Shown here piece by piece: positions 51,991 through 64,000 of a stretch of DNA of 64,000 nucleotides. The notes beneath the pieces are model-generated. The model was not told where the DNA came from, ran no database searches, and saw only the letters and a program-made list of their open reading frames with translations. Numbering within the stretch: position 1 is the stretch's first letter; every line of letters begins with the position of its first letter. This DNA is from Paramoeba atlantica (taxonomy: Eukaryota > Protista > Discosea). Position numbers and translations under genes: made by a program. Location: positions 711,930-775,929 of the forward strand of contig CDRNVI010000039.1 of assembly GCA_977017575.1 (NCBI GenBank). The letters are read 5' to 3'.

Positions 51991-54420
51991 GTTGAATGTT
52001 GTTGTTAGGCTTTCTATCCCATTGGGGATGTTGCCTCCCCGGAGTAAGCCGAGGTAGCTTTGGGGGAGGCTATCACTCAAAGGTGGATTTTCATCCACCT
52101 TGTCCGCTGAACTATCTTAACCCTTTCAGGTTGAGACATTCAAATCCAAGGACAGCATGCAAATCCAAGGACTACATAAGTATGTTCCGCAGGACCGAGA
52201 GTGGCCTCCCCCGGAGTAGCCGCCCACTACTGCTTGCTGGCATAGTTCGGGAGCGTTGAGTCTCAGCTTCAACAGTTTAGACTCCTCAGCTTCAATGGAC
52301 CAAGTCTTCTAGGGTGTTATACCCCCGAGTGGCCTTGGCTCCTCAGCTTCAACGGGCTAAACTTCGGCTTCAAAGAGCTCCTATCTCTCCGAATTCTGAC
52401 CCTAACCCCGTTTTAATGGGTCAGTTGCAAGCCGCAGATGAGCGGTACCCAACCCGAAAAGCGGTATGAAGTTCCCCTTAGGGGCTCATCTTCAGGGTGC
52501 ATTTCAGGCCTATCCATTACAGGGTCTAGCGTTCACACAGTTTTAGTTCCTTGAGAATGATTTTTTATTACCTTTGTTTAACGTTTGGGTTTTCGTGCTC
52601 TTTCTATATTCATCTATTATCTTTATCCAACTTTTTTTATTCTGGGCTTTCAGTTTCCATGAGCAATCTGTTGTTATCCCAACTCTTTCCAGTGCAGCTA
52701 CAAGGCTTCTACTATAGCATGGCAGGCTTCGTTTATATGTATTTCCTCTATTTTGAGTTGATCGATATTTGCCGAATAACACTCTGTTCGGGAATCTATC
52801 TGGACCCATTCTTGCGACGTGTCCAGCAAACAGTAAACTTCGGGCATCTATTTGTGGCTGGAGTGGGTCCATTCCTGCGATCGATAGGCATTCCTTCTGG
52901 GAGGTATATCTTATTGCATCCTTCGCAGATTCTTGGTGCTGTTTATCATTGTAGGCGCTATTGTCGTTCTTGACCCATGGTATGCCGAAAGATGTTTTGA
53001 TGTATCTTATATAGGCGCGGTTGAGTTTCAGATGCTGGGTTGGTGTAAGCGCCCACGTTGAGCTCGCATATAGTAGAATTGGTACTATACAGACTTCCAG
53101 GATGAGTCTTTTCGTTTTCCTTGTGATAGCCTTGTCTTTCCACAAGTCTCTAAATTTTCTCATACCTGCGCAAGCTCTTCTTATTCTGTTTTCTATTTCT
53201 TCTTCCAATGAAGCATCTTCACTGATGACTGTTCCAAGGTATGAGAAGTTCCGTACTTGTTCAATAGTTTCTTCTTGTGCTTTTATCTCGGATGTGTAAT
53301 ACTTTTCTGCTTTGCAAGGTTGAATTACCTGTGTTTTAGTTTTCCTTGTGTTTATCCTTACTCCCCATCGGTTCATAACCCCTACTACTGCGTTTAAGGT
53401 ATTTTGCAGTTCCGTTTGTTCGTCCGACCAAAGAACAAGGTCATCCGCATACGCTATGAGTCCGAAAACATCTGTACCGGTTACTTTATCGCCTCGTTGA
53501 GCTCTTCCTTTTGGGATCCTCCATTCGACACGGATGCCTGCAGTTTTAATCTGTAGTGCTTTCCGGAGTACAGCATCAAATGTTGCATTGAATAGCAGGC
53601 AGCTCATTGGACAGCCTTGTTTTAAGCCGCCAGGTATTTCGAAGCTTTCACTCTTCGTGCCGTCGTTTAACATGACGCTTGCAGTTGTTGTGTTATATAG
53701 TGCGCGAATTAGTTCCAATAATGGTCCTTCAATTTTCAAACTCTGAAGGGTGGCCCAGACTGCCTCTCGTGGTAAGGTATCATAAGCCTTCTCGAGATCC
53801 AGGTAGGCAAGATATAACGGTGATTTGTGTCTCCTGACTTCCTCCGTGATTCTTCTGAGTATGAAGATCGCATCGTCTATACCTCTATTATGTCGGAAGC
53901 CATTTTGGGCTTCTAGAAGTCTAGCATCGACGCGCGCTGCAATACGATGTGTGAGTATGCCAGATAGGACTTTCGCTGCAGGGCTCATTATTGAAATTGG
54001 GCGGTAGGATCCGGGATCGCAGGCTTTGCCTTTTGCTGCGCCTTTGTAGATTGGTATGATGTGGGAGTGCGTCCACTCTTTGGGAACCTTGGAGTTTTGC
54101 CAGCAAAGTTTCAATATCCATGTCATCCAAATAATTGCGGCTTTTCCTGCAAATTTGAGATGTTCGGGGAAAATTCCGTCTGGGCCTTGTGCTTTCCTAT
54201 TTTTTAGTGTAGACAGTGCGCGTTCTACTTCCAGTTCGTTTGGAGGATAACTATTTTCTTCTTTTTCCATGCGAAGGACATCGTCCTCTATGGCAGGGTA
54301 CTTTAGTTCTTCTAGGTCTTGTTGTACTCTGGATAAATTAAATAGGGGGTTTGGTGTGTTAAATATCCTAGAAAAGGAAGTGGCCAGTGCTTGCGCTTTG
54401 GCCTCTGGGTCAGAGACCAT
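51991..54420 (-). mobile_element. 5'-truncated LINE family 3 with RT ORF 52543-~54420
   Basis: RPISI, DLEKAYD, GLKQG, YADD; (AAC)-like tail. Confidence 0.88.
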
Positions 54421-54468
54421 TTCATTCGGCATTACGTTTAGATAACTAATTATATAGTAGTAGTATAG

Positions 54469-55550
54469 TATAAATTTAGGTTTAAGGCTTCCGGAGGAAA
54501 TAGAACGAACCTCTTCCAACTCAGAGATGTATGCCCTTTGTGAAGGACTTGATCAGGCATCTGGCTTAACGCGCACTGTTGTTATTCATACTGATTCTAC
54601 TTATGTCTGGGATTTTGTTCATAAGTTAAGACACCAGTTTAGATTAACGGGATACCAAAAAGCTGAAAACCCTTCCCTCCTTCGTGTTATCGATGCAAAG
54701 CTCCGTAAGATTGAAGAAACGAATTCTATATACGTTGTTAAAGTTAAAGCTCATTGCGGCAACCAGTACAACGAAATGGCTGATTGGCTTGCAAAGCAAG
54801 CAGCTGAAAGACAAGACGTTTCATTATCATCCTTCTGTTTCAGACAAAACATACCGAAATCTAAGAACAATAAAATTGCTAGGAAAAGAAATCCAACTCA
54901 AGAAGTAAGTAATATGAGTAAATCCAAGGTAGGAAGAGCAAACAGTCAAAGAGGTACATTAGTGCTCCTAAAGGAACCTAAGAAAGCTGATAAAGTGAAA
55001 CATCCATGTAGCACAATAGGAAAACGTGCAAATCGAGATGACGTGCTTTCACAACGAGCTAACAAACGTGGCATCGGGCAAGATTTCAATGAAAAATCTC
55101 ATTTTACACCCAAATTTGGTCGAAAGGAATCTACAGTGAGAGAATTGAATGTCTTCTTGATTTTCAGACCATACTGAAGCTGTCTTCCGACAATATACTA
55201 TTTATGAGAACGTCTTATCCGACTGCGATCCCTCCCCCCAATTCAAAATAAAATCAATTAACAATATTTGTTAGTGACATTAAATCGGTAGCAGTCAGAT
55301 TGCGGCAAAAAAAAAAAAAACCTGCATGTGTACATTTCTGTTGTTCCGGAATCTTAATTATTACTCGTTGAGCATTGTTCCTGGTCGAGGTTTTCATCCT
55401 GGCTTGAAATCCGCAGCGAGGCGTCCGAACATTCAAAAAAGAAGAAACAATATAAAGTATCTAATTCCAGAAATACACACTTCTGTCTCTTTTCACTGAA
55501 CATACAATATTTTTATAGAACAGGAATACATGTATACTACGATCTATAAT
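54469..55550 (+). repeat. segmental duplicate of ~45178-46274
   Basis: Near-identical, with one ~14-bp indel; spans the LINE 3' end, a poly(A) run and part of YR B. Confidence 0.9.
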
Positions 55551-55649
55551 TGTTGGGGGGAATAGTATTGAGTCTAACTTTTTTTTTAAGCAATAAAATT
55601 AGCAATTTCATATTTTGGAGCCCAAAACTAGCAATTCGATCTCCCGTAA

Positions 55650-56048
55650 GTATAATAACAATAATAACAATAATAATAAAAACAAGCAATCCACGCCCAA
55701 TCCATTCGCGCGTTCCGGACCGGGTCTTTCGACCTCTCCACGGCCTGACTTGTGAACCCTTCCCTTGCTATATGGGAGGGCGCAGGCGCGGGCCTGTGTC
55801 GACAGCGACACGGTCGCGAAACAGGATGCTGGTCGACGGGGAGGAGATTCACTTCCCGTGTACTACCTCACTTGGGGTACCTAGCCCTCGCGGGCTAGGC
55901 GTGAGCATAGACTCTGTCGACTCGACCAACATCCAGGCCAGAAGTTTTCCTTACTCTTCTTTGCCATACCCCACAAGTGCAGGGCCTGTGTTCGCCGAGG
56001 GGAGGCGAAGAACGAGCATACGCGCCTGGGAGCGCATGAGGGTGACGT
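55650..56048 (-). mobile_element. ~400-bp non-coding retroposon-like element with (TTA)n tail and an HDV-like ribozyme candidate
   Basis: GNRA hairpins (CCTAGCCC-GCGA-GGGCTAGG; GGTC-GAAA-GACC); 3' terminus shared with 62853-62895. Confidence 0.55.
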
Positions 56049-59000
56049 CTAACTGTCAGGAATTAAACTCTGTTCTCAAGTTCTCCGGACTAGGAACCTC
56101 TTCACCCAGCCAACTCACGATTTCAAATCAGGCTGTGAAAGGGAAATATCTCCGAAAAACTAATCAGAATGGTTACAACTATGACGAGCAAAGAGTCATT
56201 TTCCCTGACCTCACGCCACAGGACCTGGATTTTACTGTCAGCAGAAGCCCTGGAGGCCGAAAAAAGAAAAAGCACCCCAAGAGCGACCGTCACTCCCGAG
56301 TAGACCTAGAGTCCGAAACCGACAGTGGAGATGGTGCAGTCCCAGAATGCCCTCCCAACGACAGCGCTTCTGAATCCCCAGATGGAAAACGCAAGCGTCG
56401 CGAGCTTACCACCGAAACGGCCAATGGCTTATCGACCGCAAATGTGACGACGGACACCCAACAGACCAAAGAGCGAAACTGTCCAGTGGAGACGTGTACA
56501 TGGAAGACGGGGCCACACGGTGGCCAATGGCGAGCTTTTTATAACCATGTTGCCCACAAGCACTGGGAGGAAGTCTCAGACTCCTGGTGGACAGGGGAAG
56601 GGAGATTTCTGTGTGTAAAATGCTGCAGGCACTATGACTTAGGAAAGCAAGAATCCCATGAGAAACATTGCGAGTTTCAACTCTCACCCTCTCAACTCTC
56701 ACGCTCTCGAGAACAGAAAGCACCCGTTGCCCCTACCAATTCTGCAACCACTACTCCCTCAGAGCGCGCCGCCCAAACCGAAGTCGCCACCTTACCTGCA
56801 CAGACAGCCGCTGACCTAGAGGCCAAGAATGGAAAGATGAGTATCGACGAACCTCTGCCGCCCCTAGCCTCCATATGCTCCGCGCCTATCAACACCTGCA
56901 AGGATATTCCAAACAGTTGCCGACAAGCATGGGCCAAAATATTCTGCGAATATCTATCCTCAGCTGTCCGGGAAAACACGACTAAGGCTTGGACGCTCCT
57001 TGCAATGTTGCCAAAGTGTGTGTTGCCGGCCCCAAGGCGCGGAGGTCATAGGGCGAAAACTTCTTACGCTTCACACGTCCGGAAATGTCTAGCCAAATGG
57101 TCGTCAAAACAATATCTATCACTTTGGAACGAAACATGTAAGACTTTGAATCGTAAGAAACGTGCTGCGCAAGCAACAAGCCTAGAAGACGAGGAGAAGA
57201 AAGCGTGTCTTCGCGCGGAGCGACTGGCCCGCGACGGAGAACTTTCTCGCGCCATGACCGCACTGACTTCTTCGCCGCTAGCACCAGACGACGACAATAC
57301 GTACGCCAAACTTCAGGCCAAACACCCCCCACGAATTTCCGAATCCACAACATCCCCCAGCTTAACTCCGGAAACAGAACCACTCAAAGTCACCGAGGAA
57401 GAAGTCGCAGCTGCGCTCTCAACCTTCCACAGAGGATCATCAGGTGGCGCACTTTGCCTCCGCCCAGAACACGTGCAAGCGGCAATGCAATATCACAATG
57501 ACGGGCACACAAATCCACTGGGCACGCTCACAAATTTCACCAACCATATGCTCGCTGGGAAGTTACCACTCGACGTTCAAGACCACTTTGCCGGAGGAAG
57601 GCTATGTGCTTTGGAAAAGGGAGAACACGACGTGCGCCCAATAGCCGCTGGAGAAACGCTCCGCCGTCTGGTGAGTAAAGTGGCCTGCCTATCAGTAAAA
57701 GCGCGAGCCCGCAAAATTTTCAAAGGCCATCAGTACGGGGTAGCCACGCCCGCCGGGGCCGAGCGAGTTATACATCTGTGTCGCCAGGCCTTTGCTGCTC
57801 GCACGGAAGATGACGACTTTGTTCTCTGTAAAATCGACCTACGTAATGCCTTCAACCAAGTTTCAAGGGACTGGTTCATAGCACTAACACGCGAGCATTT
57901 CCCCACGCTTACTCCTTACGTCGAATGGTGCTACACTTCGGAAAGTAAGCTTACCTTTGGAACACGCGTTATTAAATCTCGTGAGGGTGTCCAGCAAGGG
58001 GACCCTTTGGGCCCTCTTCTTTTCTCGTTAGTCATGAGGGAAGTCGCCTCAGAAATTCACGAAGCAGCCCCCAAATTAGACCTAAACCTCTGGTACCTGG
58101 ATGATGGCGTTTTGGCTGGCACTTCCTGTGATGTGCGACACGCGTTCGACGTTATCGAAATGAAGGGTCCACAATGGGGCCTACACCTCAACGCTGCAAA
58201 ATGTGAGATTATTACCCACCCAGCATCTTCTCATCGTTCTTCTGTTTTTCCCGATCTCCCTGGCCCTAACAAAAACCTCGAAGGCAATTTTTACATTCTG
58301 GGAAGCCCCGTTGGATCGCCAGAGTTTTGTCGTGAATATCTCGTCAACAATGCAGTCGAAATGGCAGAAGATTCTCTGGACGCTATAACGCACCTCGAAG
58401 ACCCCCAGGTTGCCTTATCCCTCATTCGTCACTGCACTGGCTTCTGCCAGATGGTTTACTCCCTACGAACAACCCCAACATCTGAACTTCGGGATCTCTG
58501 TCGGCGCTTGGACGACGCCGTGCAACGCGCGGTAGAGAATTTTTTCCGTCCGCTGACCCCCGAGGCCCGCCGTCAAACACAACGAAACAAGCGATTTGGC
58601 GGGTTAGGACTCCGTTCCGCGGAAGAGCACTCTACTTCAGCCTATATCGCCTCTGTCGCATTTGCATCGGAGCTAGATCGCTGGGACCCCACGGAGGCAG
58701 AAGGTTTCGAAGAAGCCGTAAGCGATGTCAATAAAAGGGTGGGGAAAGACATCGTAGACATTGAATCAGGGAGAATACCGAAAGGTTTCGCCTTGTCATC
58801 CACTCCGCTTTTCAGTAAACGTGGCATTACAGAATCCAGTACCGAATCAGTAATCCCTCGGCAACGAGATCTAAGCGATGCAATCTCATCTCACGAGTTT
58901 CATCAAGCACTCTCCCTCGCTGACCCACGTACGAGGGCTCGATGGATTTCGGAAACGGGGCACGGAGCAGCAGAATGGGCTTTTGTATTGCCGTCGAAAA

Positions 59001-59376
59001 AGAACGGCCACGCTTATACCCCAACCGAGTTTCGGACTCTGGTACGTTGGTGGCTAGGGGGGCAAATATATCCGGGTCCCCGATCTTGTCCCATGGAGAA
59101 GTGCACCCAACCGTTGGGTCCTGAGGGCGATCACGCATTGGCTTGCAAAAGTGGACATGGTATCACCTCGCGGCATAATGCCCTGGCCGCAGAATTTTCT
59201 TCTGAATGTTCTAAGGCTGGGTTCACTACCCAGAGGGAAATGAGCTTGGGAAACAAGGGGCCGGGGGGCGCCCTCACCAGGCCTGGTGATGTCTTCATCA
59301 AAAATTTCGGGCTTGGCGAGGGTCTTGTGCTTGACTTTGCCGTCACCCATGTACAGCAACAAAAATATACGGACTC
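56049..59376 (+). pseudogene. CRE-clade ORF (zinc fingers, RT, CCHC, truncated RLE) between 73-bp direct repeats
   Basis: RPIAAGETLRR, DLRNAFN, GVQQGDPLGP, YLDDG, GGLGL, RHN, RPGD...LDFAV. Confidence 0.88.
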
Positions 59377-59469
59377 AGTGCAGGGCCTGTGTTCGCCGAG
59401 GGGAGGCGAAGAACGAGCATACGCGCCTGGGAGCGCATGAGGGTGACGTTCAGACTTTTTTTTTTTTTT

Positions 59470-60900
59470 ATTCTGTTTTCTTCCGTTTCGTATTGGCGCT
59501 ACCCCCCTTGTCAGGGGGATAGTAACTAACTAAGCTTACGCGTCTTTGTAAGCTGGCTATTGAATAACTAAATATTAAATTTTAAACTTGCGACAACGCT
59601 TTGCCCATTTGAGCGTTCAGAATGACACCGTTTAATTCTTGTAGATGCATTCCAAAATCTCGCACTACGGTTTCACGATCACGTCCGTTTGCATCAGCTA
59701 ATGCCTTCAGAAGGGCGACACTGCTCTTGTTCATGGCTCCTCCGGCAAGCACTGATAGGCATACAAATTTTTCCCGAGGAATTAGATCGGAGTTTACATA
59801 AGTGTCCAGCTTCCTTTTTTCTGCTTCCTGCATCAGTTGGGCTCCCCGTTTGTGGATGTTTGATTTCGATAGTTCATTTGTTACCGTGAAATCATAAAAT
59901 ATTTCACCCGACACCCAAAAGATCACGAGGTCCGGGCCGCTTCGATGGAAGGATGTGGTTCCACATGTTTTCTGATGCTCCTGTTTTCGCTGTTCGCTCA
60001 CCGCTTCGGTACATTTAAGGCATCGGTATGATGTGAATTGTCGCGGTTCACGCTCGCATGGGATCCCGGCTCGCAGACATAGATCGTATATGTGCCGAAC
60101 TAGTGCATTGTGCCTTGTCGTTGCATTTGCCCCCGTGCATTTTACACAGCCAAGTAAATGTGCCAGAGAGTGTTTAGACTCAAGGATCATCTTGCATCCA
60201 GGGCACAGAAAATTATTCGGCATTCTTCTGTGCGCGATTCCGAGTCGCGCCATTACCACCAGTGTGAATTGGGAGGATGGGATGCATCTCGTTCTGCCTT
60301 GTAGCCAGTCGTGGTTCCCCTTCTCGCTGCACGCTTTTACCAACGGTGCTACCTCCTCATTTTTCTTAGTGAGTTCCTGATATACCTTCTGATTTAACAT
60401 TGCATCTGTCACGGCACCATCATCACTTACTACTTCGCTTTCCCGCATCATCTCTTCGTCATGCGTTAACCGAGCTGAGTTGATTTTACAGCGCTCTAGA
60501 GAAACGCGTTTCGAAGAATTGTAAGCAGCATTGCGAGTTTCGGCCGATGATGGTAGACCGAGTCCACCTTTCTTGACGGGCAGTCGACACCAGGAGATGT
60601 ATTTGTCGGACATTTTACCGAGCCATGTGCGCATTACCTCTTCAACCTCCTTATCGAATTGTTTACATAGCTTTTCGGAAGCAGCTGGCGTGTGTACCCG
60701 AGTGTGGTATCTGTGTCGGATGTTTACGCTTTTCGAGAGTAAGTTCCAATGTGGTGTCAGACAACATGGTTAACGCGTGCCCGCCTGCTACGAATGTTGC
60801 ATTCCCGCCGTCTCAAATTATTCGACGACGATGTAAACTGCGAATCCTCTTCAAACAATTCTTTTCGTAAACTATGAGACTTCCTACCACGGATTCTCAC
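59470..60900 (-). pseudogene. 3' part of a CRE-like element (ORF 59582-60634)
   Basis: GGLGL, CPGC, RHN, PDLVI...DFTV. Confidence 0.8.
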
Positions 60901-60911
60901 TGCATATTCCA

Positions 60912-62640
60912 TCAAAAAGCGCAAATATCGTCCCCATGGCTTTGGCTCAGGTACTTTCTGAGCTGGCCTAGGAGAATGTTTCCATTCATCTCCTGCAAGA
61001 GAAGTATGAAATCGTTTTCCACCTTGCTGGGCTCAATAGAAATCTTTTCCGCCAGAAGCCGTAGCAGCTCCCGAGTTCGGGCGTGCAATGAGCCACTTGA
61101 CAGCACCGGTAAACAGGCGAATTGCTCCTCGGCGAACATATTCGATGAGACGTATTTGGTGTTTTTCCGCGCGATCGCATCTTTGATTGCCTTCGCCGGT
61201 GTTGTTCCCGCAAGAGATGGTGCCAGATCGTGTACGACGGTGAGATCATAGAAGATTTCACCTGTCGCCCAATAAATAACCAAATCGGGCCCTGAACGGT
61301 GTAGCGTGCTGCCTTTGCATGTCGCAATGTGCTCTCGCCGACGTTCTTCTCGGATCACCTCGGAGCATGATGTGCACACATATGTGGAGAATTGCCGTGG
61401 CTCTAATTCACAAGGAATACCCGCACGCAGACACATATTATGAATATAGCGTACTAGTGCGTTGTGCTTTACCGTTGTATTCATTCCCGCACATCGGACG
61501 CAACCCGGAATATGTGTAAGGGCAGTGGCACTGTTTAGAAGAACTCTGCATCCGGGGCAGGTGAGAGATTCGGGAAGACGTGGATGGCCCATTCCCAGGC
61601 GGGGCATTACTGCTAAGGTGAATTTCCGCGACGGCACGAGTCGCTCGTTTGCTTGTATCCATGTATAACTACCCTTCTTCGTTGTAGCGTCCATGATTCT
61701 TGCAAATTTCTTGTTCTTCCGAAGGCGCTCCTTCACTTCTTTGTGCATCTTGACTTCGACTGCCGTCATCTCAGCGACAGGTGCAGTGTCCGACTCGCTA
61801 GGCGTGACTTGAGCTGAAAGGAATTTTGGCTGCTCAAAAGCCACACTGCGCGACGCCTGGTACGCGGCCGCTCGGAGTGCATCAGTAGAAGGCAGGCCCA
61901 GCCCACCCATACGAAGGGGAAGCCTTGCCCAGTCCAGTTGATCTTGCGTCATTGGTCCGAACCATGTCTTCAGAACTTTATCAACTTCGCCGTCAAACTC
62001 CTTTGCCATCGCTTCAGAGGAGTTCGGTGTGTGTGTGCGAATATGAAAACGATGACGAATGTTAACACATTTAGAGAGCAGGATAGTAGATACGTTGCTC
62101 GCTCCCATCTGACTTAACCGACGGAAAATTGTTTTATGTTTCTGTAGCTTTTCTAGTAGTAGGGGATCTACCTTTTCGTCTTCTCCCACGTAAGCGCCGA
62201 GAACCTTGATTGCGTCCTTCTCTACGTTGACTTGCGCCATTCGCAGAACTTCCGGAATTTCCGTGCCCTTCGTTCCTCCGAACCACACACATTTATGATT
62301 TGCCATTTGCATGTTTCTTTCATTCAACAAATCCCACAGTCTATAAAATGCCTTCGTTAGGAGTGCAGGATCATCCGAAGCAAAGTTTATGTCGTCTATG
62401 TATGCGAATATTTTGATCGAGGGAAATTCTAAGGCCAGCGTTGCGAGGATGGGTTGCATCATTGTACAGAAAAGAAGCGTAGAAAGGGGAGACCCCTGTC
62501 GAACTCCTGCTGTGCTGAAAACTTTGTCGTGTAACTTTCCGTCTGATCCAAAATACAGCAGCTCCGACGGCTCGGCATATTGAGCGTGAAAAAGCCTCCA
62601 GAACGGTCGCAAACTAGAGAACGCGCAAACTAGACGTCGC
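60912..62640 (-). pseudogene. 3' half of another CRE-like element
   Basis: GVRQG, YIDD, GGLGL, CPGC, PDLVI...DLTV. Confidence 0.82.
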
Positions 62641-62643
62641 AAA

Positions 62644-64000
62644 CTAGAGTAAGAGCAGCGATATGTTGTTCAACCCCATGAGCTTTAGACGTCGAAAAAT
62701 TGCTTCATGCTTCTTAAGCTTTTGCGCTAAACACTCGCTGACCACCTCATCATCTCCTATGAAAGCTCCGAGCGTCTTTGTCGCTGCGTTTTCTGTTTTT
62801 ACACCCTCTGTTTGAAGAGTTTCCGGGATCGGGATTTTGTTCTTTCCACTAATAATAAAAAGAAGCAATTTATGCCCAATTCATTCGCGCGTTCCGCGAT
62901 TTTTTTTTTTTTTTTAGTAGACTCTCTTTACGCTTCGATTACCTTCACAAGATCTATTAATGAAAATAATAAGATTCGTTCCTTTAGATATTATGAAAGT
63001 ATCGCACATATGTCCCGTATCCCAAAATATCACGAATGTTCACGTTCCACTAAACCACACGCATTTATGTTTTGCCATTTTAACTCGTTTTTCAGCCAGG
63101 AGACCATGTAAGCGAAGAAATGCGTTGGCCAATGCTTGATGATCCTCGGACGCCATATTAATATCGTCTATGAAGGCAAAAATCTTTACTTGTGGGAATT
63201 CTGCCGCAAGCGTTTCCAAGATGGGCTGCATGAAGGCGCAAAAGTATAGGGTGGACAGCGGAGAGCCCTGCCGAACTCCAGCAGAGCTGTATATCGTTTC
63301 ATAGTGCTCGCCATTCTTTCCATAATATAAAAGCTCCGATGCCTCGGAGTATTCGGTGTGGAAGAATCTTCGAAACGGTCGCAATGTACACAGACCGAAA
63401 ACAACTTTCGCGATGTCACTGCGCATGGGTGAGTTGAAAGCGTTGGCGAGATCAATGGATAAAATCGCTTTCCCTTCTTGGTAATGACTTTGTAGGCGAT
63501 GTACTACCTTTTCACATCCAGACTGTATGGAGACACCGAATTGTAAAGGAGCAAACAGTTTCTCGAGCGTGTGCTCATGTCGCGCTACCAGTACGATTCC
63601 GGCCAACTTTAGGAACACTTCGCCGACGCATATTGGTCGAATGCCTTTGTCCACTTTTGGTATCGCTACTAGGCGGGAGCGTTTGAGGCGGTTCATCACT
63701 TGCTTCGACAGGAAACCGTTTATGAGGTCAGCAAGCATATGGCACATTGAGACGCAACATATCTCGTCATCCATAAGGAGACGGATAATTGTGTCGGTAG
63801 TTCCCGTTGGACCCGGTGCCGATCCTTTCACAAGTCGCCGACCTGCTGCTCGGAGCTCTTCAGTTGCGATTATTGCTATTTCTGGGGAATCGTCCGGGAG
63901 ATCAAATGTCTCGTGGTTTTGCGGATGGAGATCTTTGAGTTTTTCGCATATTTCGTCATCCGTGAGTTCATGTGGTCGCACTTCTTGATCCAGAACTTTT
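62644..64000 (-). pseudogene. CRE-like RT fragment interrupted at 62853-63044, running off the window edge
   Basis: APGPTG, DLANAFN, GVRQG, FIDD; removing the insert restores CVWFSG|KNKIP. Confidence 0.85.
62853..63044 (-). mobile_element. 192-bp chimeric retro-insertion
   Basis: TSD TTCCACTAA at 62844-62852 and 63045-63053; internal poly(A) followed by a SINE-type 3' end. Confidence 0.82.

Overview
The window is a eukaryotic retroelement and satellite pile-up with no recognisable ordinary host protein gene. Two kinetoplastid-type 5S rRNA copies and several spliced-leader (SL)-like relics (...CAGTTTCTGTACCTTGTTG) point to a kinetoplastid-like euglenozoan; this is an inference. Contents: (1) tyrosine-recombinase (YR) retroelements of the VIPER/TATE/Ngaro type (gag-YR-RT/RNaseH with split direct repeats) in three coding families plus an orphan set of termini; (2) APE-type LINEs, some with RNase H; (3) CRE-like RLE-type non-LTR elements; (4) two related 18-bp satellites and several longer tandem repeats; (5) short non-coding retro-insertions with 9-bp target-site duplications (TSDs). 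The strongest unexplained signals are a conserved, covarying inverted-repeat site at the A/B junction of three YR-element families, a trans-spliced SL-gag junction frozen into the genome, a canonical twister ribozyme plus a second degenerate one, a SINE-like family built from arrays of a covarying 41-nt RNA module, a chimeric 5S-5S retro-insertion, and retroelements sitting inside the 18-bp satellites. All analysis was done by eye; no folding program or database search was run, and family names rest on recalled motifs.
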